From an uncultured Acidobacteriota bacterium (GTDB lineage: Bacteria > Acidobacteriota > UBA6911), in assembly GCA_963827655.1 (NCBI GenBank), contig CAWHCF010000007.1, positions 29,376-93,375 on the forward strand: a stretch of DNA of 64,000 nucleotides, written 5' to 3'. Shown piece by piece: positions 49,957 to 59,809 of this stretch (its first letter is position 1; each line of letters starts with the position of its first letter). The notes under the pieces are model-generated. The model was not told the DNA's origin. It ran no database searches and worked only from the letters and a program-made list of their open reading frames with translations. The position numbers and the translations under genes are program-made.

Positions 49957-52878
49957 ATGAGAAATTCCTCTCTGGCCGTCAAGGTAATGGTTGCCGTTGC
50001 CGCCGTCTCTTTGGGAGCGTTCAGCATCACCCGGAATCCTCAGCGGGATGCGCCGCCCGCTCCGGGGAAGTCAGTCCCGATGGCACAGGGTGGTCTTGCC
50101 CTGCAGATCCAGCTGGGCTTGAAGGACGCCAAGTCAACGGACTGGGATGGCGAGGTTAAAGTCTCGCCGGGCCAGATGGCGTTGAGAGATGCGCAGCTGC
50201 AGAAAACCGACCGAATCACGGGCAACTCCTGGCGACTGAGCTCGCGTACCGTGGGCCAGGGTCCGAATCAGCGGACCGAGCCGGTCGTCCTCTATGCCAC
50301 CACCGAGGCGCCGCCAACGGCCAAGGTCGACGTAGCTACGAAGCAGGGCAACTTCTCCTTCACCCTGGCTGAGCTCAAGTTTGGCGCCCCTTTAACCTTT
50401 CTCGGCGGCGCGGCCGCGGTCGAGCGAGTCCCCATTACCCAGCAGCTGACCAGCGCCCCCACCGAGGACGATTTCGCCGCCTGCGCCGCTGCTCCCGACG
50501 GAAGCGTCTGGTGTGCGTACGTTGGCTACCTTCGCGGCAGCCCGCTAGTCGCGGAAGACTTCAACAAGGGCAAGTTCGATTCGCTGATTACGCGCAACCA
50601 TGGCGACCAGGTCCGGCTGATGAAGTTCGACGGCAAGCAGTGGACGGCGCCGATCGATGTGACGCCCGCAGGCCTGGACGTCTGGCGTCCTACGGTCGCA
50701 ATCGATGGAAATGGCGCGGTCTGGGTAATCTGGTCTCAGGCCACAAATGGCAACTGGGACCTGCACGCGCGCAGTTACGATACCAAGGCCAATCGCTGGT
50801 CGAACGACCAGCGCGTCACGTCAGAGCCAGGCGCGGACATCCACAGTGTTGCGACCACGACCCGCTCCGGCGCCGTCTGGGTAGCCTGGCAAAGCTGGGG
50901 AAACGGCGACTTCGCCATCAAGGCTCAGAGACTGGGCGGCAGCGGTAAATCGACACCGCTTACGCGCGACTTCCCCCGGGGCAATGAATGGCAGCCGAGC
51001 ATCGCGGCGGATTCCAAGGGGAAGGTTTACGTCGCCTTCGATACCTATGCCAAAGGCAACTATGACGTCTACGTCTGGGCGCTGGATGAAAACGCGTCGA
51101 ACGCTTCCGGGGAGATCATCCCGGTTGCAACCTCCGCGCGTTTCGAGGCACGTCCGACGATGGCGGTCGATGGGCAGGATCGCGTCTGGATTGCTTACGA
51201 AGATGCCGAGCCCAACTGGGGGAAAGACTACGGGACGCGCTGGGAAGGAAAGACCGGCGCGCCGTTTTACCTGAATCGCAATGTCGCCGTCCGCTGTCTC
51301 GAAGGAGGCAAATTGCTCCAGACGAAAGCCGAAATCAAGTCGGAGCTGATCGACACGACCTATCCCCCGAGCGAGCGCCAGCGGCTCAGCTACCCGCGGA
51401 TAAGCACGGACGGCGCGGGAGCACTGTGGCTGCTCTTCCGCAGGCATGCGCTCAAGACGGGCGCAACCGAACGGTGGGTGTCGTATGCGACTTACTACAG
51501 CGGAGACGCCTGGTCCGGGCCAATCCTTCTCCCCAGTTCCGAAAATCTGCTCGACAATCGTCCCGCGCTGGTACCGATGAAAGGAAACGGATTGCTGGCC
51601 GTCTACTCCAGTGACGGCCGGACAGGCGGTACAAACACCGCCGTGAAAAACAATCTCTATGGCGCGCTGTTCAGCACCGAAGGGAGCCCGAGGAATCCGG
51701 TCCTGGTCAGCGTCCGGCCGGAAGGAGACGGCAGCACCGCTGAAGCCGTGCACGCCGACGAAACCGAAGACGTCAACCGTATTCGCGCCTACCGAGTCTC
51801 AGTCGGCGGCAAGACCTATCAGCCCCTGCGAGGCGAGTTTCATCGCCACACCGAGATCTCCAGTCACCGCGACCAGGACGGTCCTTTCGAGGAGATCTGG
51901 CGCTATGGTCTCGACGTGGCTCGGATGGACTGGATCGGCCCCGGCGATCACGACAATGGCGTGGGACGCGAATATACCTGGTGGCTCACGCAGAAACAGG
52001 TGGACATCTACCATCATGCGCCGGTCTTCATGCCGATGTTCACCTACGAGCGCAGCGTCGTCTTTCCAAGCGGTCATCGGAATGTCATGTTCGCGCGGCG
52101 CGGCATCCGCCCGCTGCCGCGCATGGGAACGCCGCAGCAACAGGAGGTGCTCTACGGCTCGCCTCAAGCCGGGTCGCCGGACATAAAGAACCTGTACGCC
52201 TATCTCAAGCACTTCGACGGCATCTGCTCCTCGCACACGTCGGCAACCAATATGGGAACGGACTGGCGCGACAATGATCCGGCCGTAGAACCGGTGGTTG
52301 AGATTTACCAGGGGCACCGGCAGAACTACGAAGAACCCAAGGCCCCCAAGGCCGCGAAAGATGCGGAGGACAGCATCGGTGGTTTTCAACCGGAGGGGTA
52401 CGTCTGGAACGCCTTCCTCAAAGGATACAAGCTGGGGTTCCAGGTCAGCAGCGACCACGTCAGCACCCACATCAGTTACGGTATTGTTTACGCCGAAAAG
52501 CCGACCCGGGACGCCATAGTGGATGCCTTCAAGAAACGCCACTCGTATGGAGCGAACGACAACATCATCCTGGACGTGCGCTGCGGCGACAAAATGATGG
52601 GGGACGAGTTCACGTCGAGGGCCGCTCCCAAGCTCGATATCCAGGCCATCGGAACGGCGCCCGTGGCGCGCATAGACATCGTGAGGCAGATCGATCGGTC
52701 GACGCCCGCCTATGTTTACGCGGTGGAACCGAAGAAGCCGAATGTCAAAATCAGCTGGACCGACAGCAAGGCGAAAGAGGGGGCTCTGAACATGTACTAC
52801 GTCCGGCTCATGCAGGAAGACGGCAAAATGGCGTGGGCCAGCCCGATGTGGATCAAGTATGAGCCCGCGTCGCGATGA
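49957..52878 (+). CDS. Secreted protein with propeller-like repeats and a C-terminal PHP-like (DUF3604-like) metallohydrolase domain
   Basis: Signal peptide; GEFHRHT, GDHD, GHRN, SSH, VEIYQG and SSDH metal-ligand motifs. Confidence 0.75.
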   Translation: MRNSSLAVKVMVAVAAVSLGAFSITRNPQRDAPPAPGKSVPMAQGGLALQIQLGLKDAKSTDWDGEVKVSPGQMALRDAQLQKTDRITGNSWRLSSRTVGQGPNQRTEPVVLYATTEAPPTAKVDVATKQGNFSFTLAELKFGAPLTFLGGAAAVERVPITQQLTSAPTEDDFAACAAAPDGSVWCAYVGYLRGSPLVAEDFNKGKFDSLITRNHGDQVRLMKFDGKQWTAPIDVTPAGLDVWRPTVAIDGNGAVWVIWSQATNGNWDLHARSYDTKANRWSNDQRVTSEPGADIHSVATTTRSGAVWVAWQSWGNGDFAIKAQRLGGSGKSTPLTRDFPRGNEWQPSIAADSKGKVYVAFDTYAKGNYDVYVWALDENASNASGEIIPVATSARFEARPTMAVDGQDRVWIAYEDAEPNWGKDYGTRWEGKTGAPFYLNRNVAVRCLEGGKLLQTKAEIKSELIDTTYPPSERQRLSYPRISTDGAGALWLLFRRHALKTGATERWVSYATYYSGDAWSGPILLPSSENLLDNRPALVPMKGNGLLAVYSSDGRTGGTNTAVKNNLYGALFSTEGSPRNPVLVSVRPEGDGSTAEAVHADETEDVNRIRAYRVSVGGKTYQPLRGEFHRHTEISSHRDQDGPFEEIWRYGLDVARMDWIGPGDHDNGVGREYTWWLTQKQVDIYHHAPVFMPMFTYERSVVFPSGHRNVMFARRGIRPLPRMGTPQQQEVLYGSPQAGSPDIKNLYAYLKHFDGICSSHTSATNMGTDWRDNDPAVEPVVEIYQGHRQNYEEPKAPKAAKDAEDSIGGFQPEGYVWNAFLKGYKLGFQVSSDHVSTHISYGIVYAEKPTRDAIVDAFKKRHSYGANDNIILDVRCGDKMMGDEFTSRAAPKLDIQAIGTAPVARIDIVRQIDRSTPAYVYAVEPKKPNVKISWTDSKAKEGALNMYYVRLMQEDGKMAWASPMWIKYEPASR

Positions 52879-53330
52879 TCCGTCAATTTCGACCCGAGGA
52901 TGCTCGAGCCTGTTTTGACCTGATACGAGACTGCATCCTTCAGGATACTCACACCCCGTCCGGCACCCTGGAAAAACTCTTCCACGCGGAATCCCCGGAA
53001 TCTATTTCAGGCCGGGCGCGGCTCTACTACCTGGTAGTCTACGAGCTCGAGAACGATATCGCCGGCGTGGCTGGACTGGACATGAATGAGATCCGGTTAT
53101 TGTTTGTGGCGCCGGACCATCAGGGGGAAGGGATTGGCCGCGCGCTGCTGCAGCATCTCGAAGCGCTGGTTCCACCCACCTTGTTCAAGGAGATCTTTGT
53201 CTATTCGACACTCTCCGGTGAGACTTTCTACAGTCACTGCGGCTATAGGTGCCGAGGCGAGCATGTCTTCTACGTGGACGACGAGCCGCTCCCGACCCGC
53301 TTCATGGTGAAGACGCTCGGCGAACCTTAG
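52875..53330 (+). CDS. GNAT family N-acetyltransferase
   Basis: LFVAPDHQGEGIGRALL; FY...GY. Confidence 0.9.
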   Translation: MIRQFRPEDARACFDLIRDCILQDTHTPSGTLEKLFHAESPESISGRARLYYLVVYELENDIAGVAGLDMNEIRLLFVAPDHQGEGIGRALLQHLEALVPPTLFKEIFVYSTLSGETFYSHCGYRCRGEHVFYVDDEPLPTRFMVKTLGEP

Positions 53331-53342
53331 CGCGTGAAATTC

Positions 53343-53420
53343 GGGGACAGGCTCCCAATTGCGTGGTAGAAGATCCAGTCGTTTGGCCGTTCTTAATAAC
53401 GCAATTGGGAGCCTGTCCCC
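53343..53420. repeat. Perfect 22-bp inverted repeat between convergent genes (REP-like or terminator)
   Basis: GGGGACAGGCTCCCAATTGCGT - 34 nt - ACGCAATTGGGAGCCTGTCCCC. Confidence 0.85.
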
Positions 53421-53424
53421 AATT

Positions 53425-55393
53425 TTACTCGGGTTTCGGCACGTCAAGCGCCGGATTGCGCGCGAAGAACCCGTTCGGCATCAGCTTGAACCCCGCCCGG
53501 TGCACGTTCATGACGGGCCATTCCTCCGGGCGGGCGATGTGGGTCACTCCCATCGTGTACCACAAAACCACGTCTTGATTCTCCAGGGGACGGTTTGCGG
53601 CGGTCCACTTCGTGAGCCCTTCGCCGCCTTTGCTCTGGTTGATGTAGTAGCCGGCCGCGTGGATTTCCTCGGCGTTGTATGGAGTAACCCAGAGGTGCGC
53701 GTTGAGGAAGCCTGCTCTCTTGCGGACGGAGGCGCTCAGCGCGGCATACGATTCCGAGTTCTCGCCTGGCACAAGCATGTAGCCTACCGGCTGGCCTAGA
53801 GAGCTTCGGGTCGAGGGGTTGATCACCCTCCACTTGCGGCTCGAGGTCAGATCACACATCCTTTGGGCTTCCTGCTCCCGCCGCAGCGGCTTCTCTGTCA
53901 TCACGAAAGCATTCTCATACGGGTTTTCGTGTCCGGGCGGGAGAGCTTCGGTGTTCATCTCGACCACGGTATTACCGCCAGTGCCGTCCACATCCAGGTC
54001 CAGCCGGAAGTTGAAAAAATGCTGGTGGTGCACGGCCGCGATGCCTTCGGCGACCAGGTGCCCATAATGCTGCGCGTTGTGTGGATTGCCCGAAACGGCC
54101 GTAGATTTTACCCCCTTGGGTTGCATGATTCCGGTGAGCAGCGCTTCCATCTCCAGCGTCCCGTCCTGGCGAAAGACCCAGTTGAAGCCATATTCGTAGT
54201 TCCCCACGGTGGCGATCCAGGACAACACCAGTTCCCGCGCCCGCCTCGACTCGTTGTGTCCGCTGTCGAAGTCAAAATGCTTCCACAATAGCCCGCCGTC
54301 GCGCTCATACATGGCCAGCGCCCTGGGTGCCTCGAGCGGCCGGCCCTTGTCATCGTTGAAGATGACATCCCGGAAAACGGCGTTGTTGGGGGCGTCCGTC
54401 AGCCGCTCCAGAGCGTTGGCAGAACGGCCGATGTTGTACTCTCCGGCGTCGAAGGCGTTGCGGAAAAACCAGGTCGGGCCTGGATCGCCGTAGGGCACCA
54501 CCATCTCTGAAAGAGAAGCGCGGTAGAGCACCGGGCGCACTCTTCCTCCGTCCTCGTAGCCCACAGTGTAGAGGATGAGACCTTCCCTCGGGTGTAGCGC
54601 GTAGCGGAACCTCCATTTCTGCCAGCTCACTTCGTGGCCGTTCAAAGTGAAGCTCGCGCCCTGCGGCTGCGCGATTTCGAGCGGCTTGGGCGCTTCCCGC
54701 AGCCGGCCCACGGACTTGACGTCCAGGTCATAGGTTGCAGTGGCAACCGGAACCACGCCGGTATCCACCAGCTTGAGGACCTTCCTGGCGCTTACGTCCA
54801 CGAAAGCAACCACGCCTTCAATGGGCCGGGCATAAGCGTTCTTGGCAGTTCCTTTGTAGTGGGGCACGGCGCGGAAGATTCTTCTCCCTTCTTCTTCAGG
54901 AAAGCCGAAATAACCGGCCGACCAGGGGTCCAGTTGCACGCCCCCAAAATCGGTGATGCCGCGCTTGCGCATTGCCTCTTGCCATTGCGGGTCGGCGCGT
55001 ACGATTTCCTGCATGAGCGCGTAGTCCTCAAGGAGCATCGGCGGTTGCGCGCCGGGAATCTCTTTGAACGAGAGGACACGTCTGCCCTTGAGGTCCACGA
55101 CGGCTTCAAACGTCTTGTTGGCCGCTCGCTCGTAGATCACCGTGAAGGCCTGCCGGCGCATCGCGCTGCCCGGCCGATAATTGAGCACTTCGTCCTTCGG
55201 CGGCTCATGCAGCACAATCATCGGAAAACGGCTGGCGTCTGTCACCTTGCCGCCGGCTTTCAATATCTCGACGGCAGCGGCGATTTCCTCCTGGCCGAGC
55301 GGATCGAGAGGATGCGCCGCGTCAGCCGCTGAAAGGCGTGAGAGCGACGGACGACAACGCCAAAAGAAATAGAGGAACGCATTTGATGGTCAT
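53425..55393 (-). CDS. Copper-containing primary-amine oxidase, signal peptide out of frame by 1 nt
   Basis: HPLDPL, SEMVVPYGDP, TVGNYEY (TPQ site), HQH and GVTH..RPEEWPVM. ATG 55393 has a GAGG RBS; frameshift near 55335. Confidence 0.9.
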
Positions 55394-55416
55394 TGCAACC
55401 TCATTCCTTGCGAGAT

Positions 55417-55457
55417 TCTTAGCGTTTCTTTGTGTCTTCGTGTCTTAGTGGTATTTG
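55417..55457. repeat. 8-mer REP-like half element overlapping the aminotransferase stop
   Basis: TCTTAGCGTTTCTTTGTGTCTTCGTGTCTTAGTGGTATTTG. Confidence 0.75.
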
Positions 55458-56611
55458 CTCAGCGCTGCTCCGATGCGCTTGAGCCCTTCGCGGATGTTCT
55501 CCATTGAAGTGCCGAACGAGAGCCGCAGATAGCCCTCTCCTTCGCGGCCAAAGGCCGTTCCCGCCAGGCAGGCGACACCCCCCTGATCCAGAAGATAGTC
55601 GGCGATTTCCTTGGAAGTCTTGCCGAACGAACTGACGTTCGGAAAAGCGTAAAAAGTGCCTCCGGGCTTCTGACAGCGCACGCCCGGCACCGCGTTCAGA
55701 CCGTCCACAACGACTTCACGGCGGCGGCGGTATTCCTCGATCATGGGAGGAATCGTCTGCTCGCGAGTCGACAGAGCGGCGAGTCCGCCTCTCTGCGTGA
55801 ATACCGGGGTACACGAGACCGAGTTGATGACCAGCTGGGTAATTCGCTGCGCCAGCTCCGCGGGCATGAGACCAAAGCCCAGGCGCCAGCCGGTCATGCT
55901 GTAGGTTTTTGAAAATCCGTCCAGAATGATGGTCCTGGAAGCAAGCGTGTCGAAGCTCGCAATCGACGCATGGCACCCTTCGAAGATGAAGTGGCTGTAG
56001 ATCTCGTCGGACAGGATCCAGGCGTTTCTTTGCAGAAGAAGTTCCGCCAGACGCGCCAGACTCTCGCGCGATTCGACTCCTCCGGTGGGATTGCTGGGGG
56101 AGTTCAGTATGACCAGCCTGGTGCGGGGCGTCAGATGGGCCTCGATATGATCGAAATCAATCTGGAAAGAGTTGGCTTCTCGCAGCGGATACGGCACCGG
56201 GGTGCCGCCCGCGAATCCGATCATCGATTCATAAATCGGAAACCCGGGATCCGGATAGAGAACTTCATCGCCTTCATCGACCAGGGCCAGGATGGTATAA
56301 AACATGATTGGTTTTCCACCGGGTGTAACCACGACCTGATCCGGAGAGAATCGGAGACCGCGGCGAGGCCCTTCGATCTCGGCGATCTGGGTGCGCAGAT
56401 CCAGCAATCCCGGGGACGTGGTGTACTTGGTCAGGCCCGAATGGAGAGCGTCAACTCCGGCCTCAATGGCAGAATCGGGAGAAGGAAAATCAGGTTCGCC
56501 CAACTCGAGATGCAGAATGTGCTTTCCTTGACGCTCGAGCGCCTGCGCGCGCGCAAGGACTTCGAAGGCCGTTTCGGTGCCGAGCCGGCTCATCCTACCC
56601 GCTAGTCTCAT
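55445..56611 (-). CDS. PLP-dependent aminotransferase class I/II (aspartate aminotransferase-like)
   Basis: LGEPDF, NSPSNPTG, SDEIY, GFSKTYSMTGWRLG and YLRLSF. Confidence 0.94.
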   Translation of the reverse strand: MRLAGRMSRLGTETAFEVLARAQALERQGKHILHLELGEPDFPSPDSAIEAGVDALHSGLTKYTTSPGLLDLRTQIAEIEGPRRGLRFSPDQVVVTPGGKPIMFYTILALVDEGDEVLYPDPGFPIYESMIGFAGGTPVPYPLREANSFQIDFDHIEAHLTPRTRLVILNSPSNPTGGVESRESLARLAELLLQRNAWILSDEIYSHFIFEGCHASIASFDTLASRTIILDGFSKTYSMTGWRLGFGLMPAELAQRITQLVINSVSCTPVFTQRGGLAALSTREQTIPPMIEEYRRRREVVVDGLNAVPGVRCQKPGGTFYAFPNVSSFGKTSKEIADYLLDQGGVACLAGTAFGREGEGYLRLSFGTSMENIREGLKRIGAALSKYH

Positions 56612-56638
56612 GGTTTCACCTCGCCGGGGGATTGTACA

Positions 56639-58189
56639 ATGAACAGCATGTCAAACCAGAATGTTCAATATGCCTGGAAGTACCACGACGGCACGAAGCA
56701 CTCGTATCAGAGCGTCCGCACCAACCCGCACTTCCTCGATTGGGCGAACCGGCCAAGGCCGTTCAAGGTCTACCCTTCCCTCGAGCCCATCCTCTTGCCC
56801 AAAGATATCGCTCAAACGGGACGCCCGGCGCTCTCGGTCATCGGTCTCGCCCAGCCGGACACGACTACGGATGCTCCGGTCAGTGCCGAGGATCTCGCCG
56901 CGGTTTTGCACTACTCGGCCGGTCTGACGCGGCGCCGTGCTTACTCGGGAGGCGAGATTCAATTTCGCGCCGCCGCTTGCACCGGCGCGCTGTATTCGGT
57001 GGAACTCTATGCCGTTTGCGGCGACCTGAAGGATCTCGACGCCGGTGTCTATATTTACGATCCCGCCGACTCTGCGCTGCGCCGGCTTCGCGCCGGCGAT
57101 TACCGGGGATGCCTGGTCCGGGCCGCGGCGGGCGAAGCATCGGTCCGGCACGCTCCCGTGACGCTGGTCTGCACCGGAACGTACTGGCGCAATGCCTGGA
57201 AATACCAGGCCCGAACCTACCGGCACTTCGGATGGGACAACGGAACCATCCTGGCCAACCTGCTGGCCATCGCGGCTGGGAGGAATCTGCCGGCGAAAGT
57301 ACTGAACGGATTCGTCGATTCGGAGGTCAACCACCTGCTGGGGCTGGATACCGATCGCGAAGTCGCCCTGAACCTGGTGCCGCTGGGCCGGAGTCCGGCG
57401 CCAGCCGCCGAATTCACGGGCTCGGTTCCATCGCTCTCGCTCGAGACCCTCCCCTATTCGAGACGCGAAGTAGATTACCCCGCCATGCGCGAGATGCACG
57501 CCGCCTCGAGCCTGGCCAATCCCGAAGAAGTCGCCGAGTGGCGCAAGGGTACGCTCGCGAGCCCTGCGCCGCAGCCGCCTGATGGCGTGATTCCTCTGCA
57601 GCCGATTCGGGAAGACGAGTTGCCGAAAGACTCGATCGAGCAAGTGATCCTGCGGCGCGGTTCGAGCCGCCAGTTCGCGCGCGAATCGATTTCGTTCGCC
57701 CAGTTCTCGACGGCGCTCTTTCACGCGACCCAGGGGGTTCCGGCCGACTTCGTCAATCCTCCCGGCTCGCAGCTCAACGATCTGTACGTGATCGTCCACG
57801 CGGTTGAGGGGCTTGAGCCGGGCTCATATGTCCTGCACCGGCGCCCGTGGGCGCTCGAGCTGCTCCAGCCGGGGGACTTCCGCGCCAGGGCGGGATACCT
57901 GGGCCTGGAACAGGCGCTCCCCGCCGACTGCAGCGCGGCGATCTTCTTCCTCGCCGATTTGAATCGAATCCTCGACCGCTTCGGCAATCGCGGCTATCGC
58001 GCGACGCAGCTGGAAGCGGGCATCATAGGCGGGCGGCTCTACCTCGCCGCGTACGCGCAGCGTCTCGGAGCGACGGGATTGACGTTTTATGACGACGAGG
58101 TGACGGATTTCTTCTCGCCTCATGCGGCGGGAAAGAGCGCGATTTTTCTTGTGGCGCTGGGCAAAACCGGGAAGGCTTCGTGGCTGTAA
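56639..58189 (+). CDS. SagB/ThcOx-family dehydrogenase (tandem nitroreductase folds)
   Basis: YHDGTKHS, RAAACTGALY, WKYQARTYRH, RRGSSRQF, YRATQLEAG and GLTFYDD. Confidence 0.87.
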   Translation: MNSMSNQNVQYAWKYHDGTKHSYQSVRTNPHFLDWANRPRPFKVYPSLEPILLPKDIAQTGRPALSVIGLAQPDTTTDAPVSAEDLAAVLHYSAGLTRRRAYSGGEIQFRAAACTGALYSVELYAVCGDLKDLDAGVYIYDPADSALRRLRAGDYRGCLVRAAAGEASVRHAPVTLVCTGTYWRNAWKYQARTYRHFGWDNGTILANLLAIAAGRNLPAKVLNGFVDSEVNHLLGLDTDREVALNLVPLGRSPAPAAEFTGSVPSLSLETLPYSRREVDYPAMREMHAASSLANPEEVAEWRKGTLASPAPQPPDGVIPLQPIREDELPKDSIEQVILRRGSSRQFARESISFAQFSTALFHATQGVPADFVNPPGSQLNDLYVIVHAVEGLEPGSYVLHRRPWALELLQPGDFRARAGYLGLEQALPADCSAAIFFLADLNRILDRFGNRGYRATQLEAGIIGGRLYLAAYAQRLGATGLTFYDDEVTDFFSPHAAGKSAIFLVALGKTGKASWL

Positions 58190-58328
58190 CTGGGTCGTCA
58201 GCAGCTTCTTGCGTCTTTGCTCGCTGATGTGGATAGTTATTCATCACGGCCATGCTCTTGATCTTGGCAGCGCAAAGCTGAGGCGATAGAATGGCCATTA
58301 GGATGAGCTTAGGAGAGTTTACCGACTT

Positions 58329-58667
58329 ATGAGCAAAGGATACGTCACCAAGATCAACGGCGCATATCGGATCACGGGCACGCGTGTTTCGCTCGATTCA
58401 GTCGTCTATGCTTGGCACAAGGGGCTTTCGCCGGAGAGCATCCTGGACGATTTCCCTGCGCTCACCCTGGAACGGATTTACGGTGCGATTGCCTTTTACC
58501 TCGCCAATCAAGACGAGATTGATGAATATCTCCGCCAGGGCGAAGTTGAGTACGAAGCACTACGCCAAAAGCATCTTGAGCAACTAATGGCCACCAAGCC
58601 TCAGCTCTATCAAAAGCTCGTCACCCACAAGCAGCGCAAGGGGACGCCGGCCCCTACGTCTGAATGA
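58329..58667 (+). CDS. DUF433 domain antitoxin
   Basis: [36 protein letters not shown]. Confidence 0.9.
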   Translation: MSKGYVTKINGAYRITGTRVSLDSVVYAWHKGLSPESILDDFPALTLERIYGAIAFYLANQDEIDEYLRQGEVEYEALRQKHLEQLMATKPQLYQKLVTHKQRKGTPAPTSE

Positions 58668-59012
58668 AAATCAAATTTCAGGCGGACGCCGATTTCAACC
58701 AACGAATCGTGCGGGCGGTGCTCAGAAGGCAGCCAGCCATTGATTTTCGACTGCCGATGAGAGGCACATCCGCGACCTGAATGATCTTGACGTCTTGGCC
58801 GCCGCTGCCAGCGAAGGCCGCATCATTGTGACACACGACCGCAGCACGATGCCGGTGCATTTTGTCACCTTCATGGCCAGGCAAGACAGTCCCGGCGTGT
58901 TTATCTCTCACAAGACTTAACGTTGAATGTCGCGGTCGAAGAATTCATCACGATCTGGGAAGCCTCGGAAGCTGAAGAGTGGATTAACACCATTCAGTTT
59001 CTTCCGTTGTGA
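58664..59012 (+). pseudogene. DUF5615 PIN-like toxin with frameshifts
   Basis: ATGA overlap with the antitoxin; [16 protein letters not shown] / DLDVLAAAASEGRIIVTHDRSTMP / IWEASEAEEWIN in different frames. Confidence 0.78.
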
Positions 59013-59066
59013 CGGTGTCCGGTGCTTCGACCAAGTTAATGAAGAGAGAAGGTAAGGGAAGGTATT

Positions 59067-59126
59067 CACCGCGAAGACCCGAAGAGCAAAGTTGGCTAGC
59101 CTTCGCGTCTTCGAGTCTTCGCGGTG
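59067..59126. repeat. 8-mer REP-like full hairpin
   Basis: CACCGCGAAGACCCGAAGA...CCTTCGCGTCTTCGAGTCTTCGCGGTG. Confidence 0.85.
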
Positions 59127-59151
59127 CTGTGGGTCTTCTACACGGTCAAGC

Positions 59152-59433
59152 CTACCCTTTGTTTCTTATGAGCCTCAGACGGGTTTGCCTGGCACAGTGC
59201 CTGATGTAGGCGACCTCAACCAAATCGTCGGAAACGATCCGATATATGACGCGGTAGGTGTTTCTGGCAGCTAGAAGCGCGCGGTATCCCTGAAAGGCAT
59301 CGAACATGGCCGGTCCGAGCTCCGGGAAATCCCGCAGCAGCTCCAGTTTGCTGATGATCTGATCTTGAATGGCGGACGGGAGGGCTTGTAGTTCTTTTTC
59401 AGCCCGGGGAAGGAGTTTAACCTTTCCTGCCAC
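59152..59433 (-). CDS. RelE/ParE family toxin
   Basis: AEKELQAL, L..FPELG and YRVIYRI...VEV..IRH. Confidence 0.88.
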   Translation of the reverse strand: MAGKVKLLPRAEKELQALPSAIQDQIISKLELLRDFPELGPAMFDAFQGYRALLAARNTYRVIYRIVSDDLVEVAYIRHCARQTRLRLIRNKG

Positions 59434-59701
59434 GCTTGGCCCTTCTGGCCTTGAACTCGTCTAGCTCCAGACCCTTTCCAGCTTTGGAGTCCCGCTCGGC
59501 TTCTGCAAGTCTTTCCCTCCAATCGGGCTGGCTCATTTCCTCCAGCGTGGCCGTCATTCCCTCGTAGTCTTCAAAGTTAACGAGAAGCGCTGCCGGTCTT
59601 CCTCTTTGAGTTATGATCACCGGGTCCCGCGTTTTTTTCACGCCCTCGATAATCTTCTTCGCCTGCGATTGAAGCTCGGAGATTGGAATGATCTTATCCA
59701 T
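59417..59701 (-). CDS. Phd/YefM family antitoxin
   Basis: ISELQSQA..II..V.....PVIITQRGRPAALLV..EDYE. Confidence 0.92.
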   Translation of the reverse strand: MDKIIPISELQSQAKKIIEGVKKTRDPVIITQRGRPAALLVNFEDYEGMTATLEEMSQPDWRERLAEAERDSKAGKGLELDEFKARRAKRGRKG

Positions 59702-59809
59702 AAATGCAACTATAGGTTTGAATCAATATCCAAGTCAAGGCATAGGCTGGCTGAACGCGTCGAAAGACCGCCGGAAGATGGAGCTGTTCTTGGTTGTCGG
59801 CAGGGATTT

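Noticed and set aside
56639-58189. Azole-containing RiPP cluster around the SagB-like gene
   Set aside because: No YcaO, precursor peptide or transporter is adjacent.
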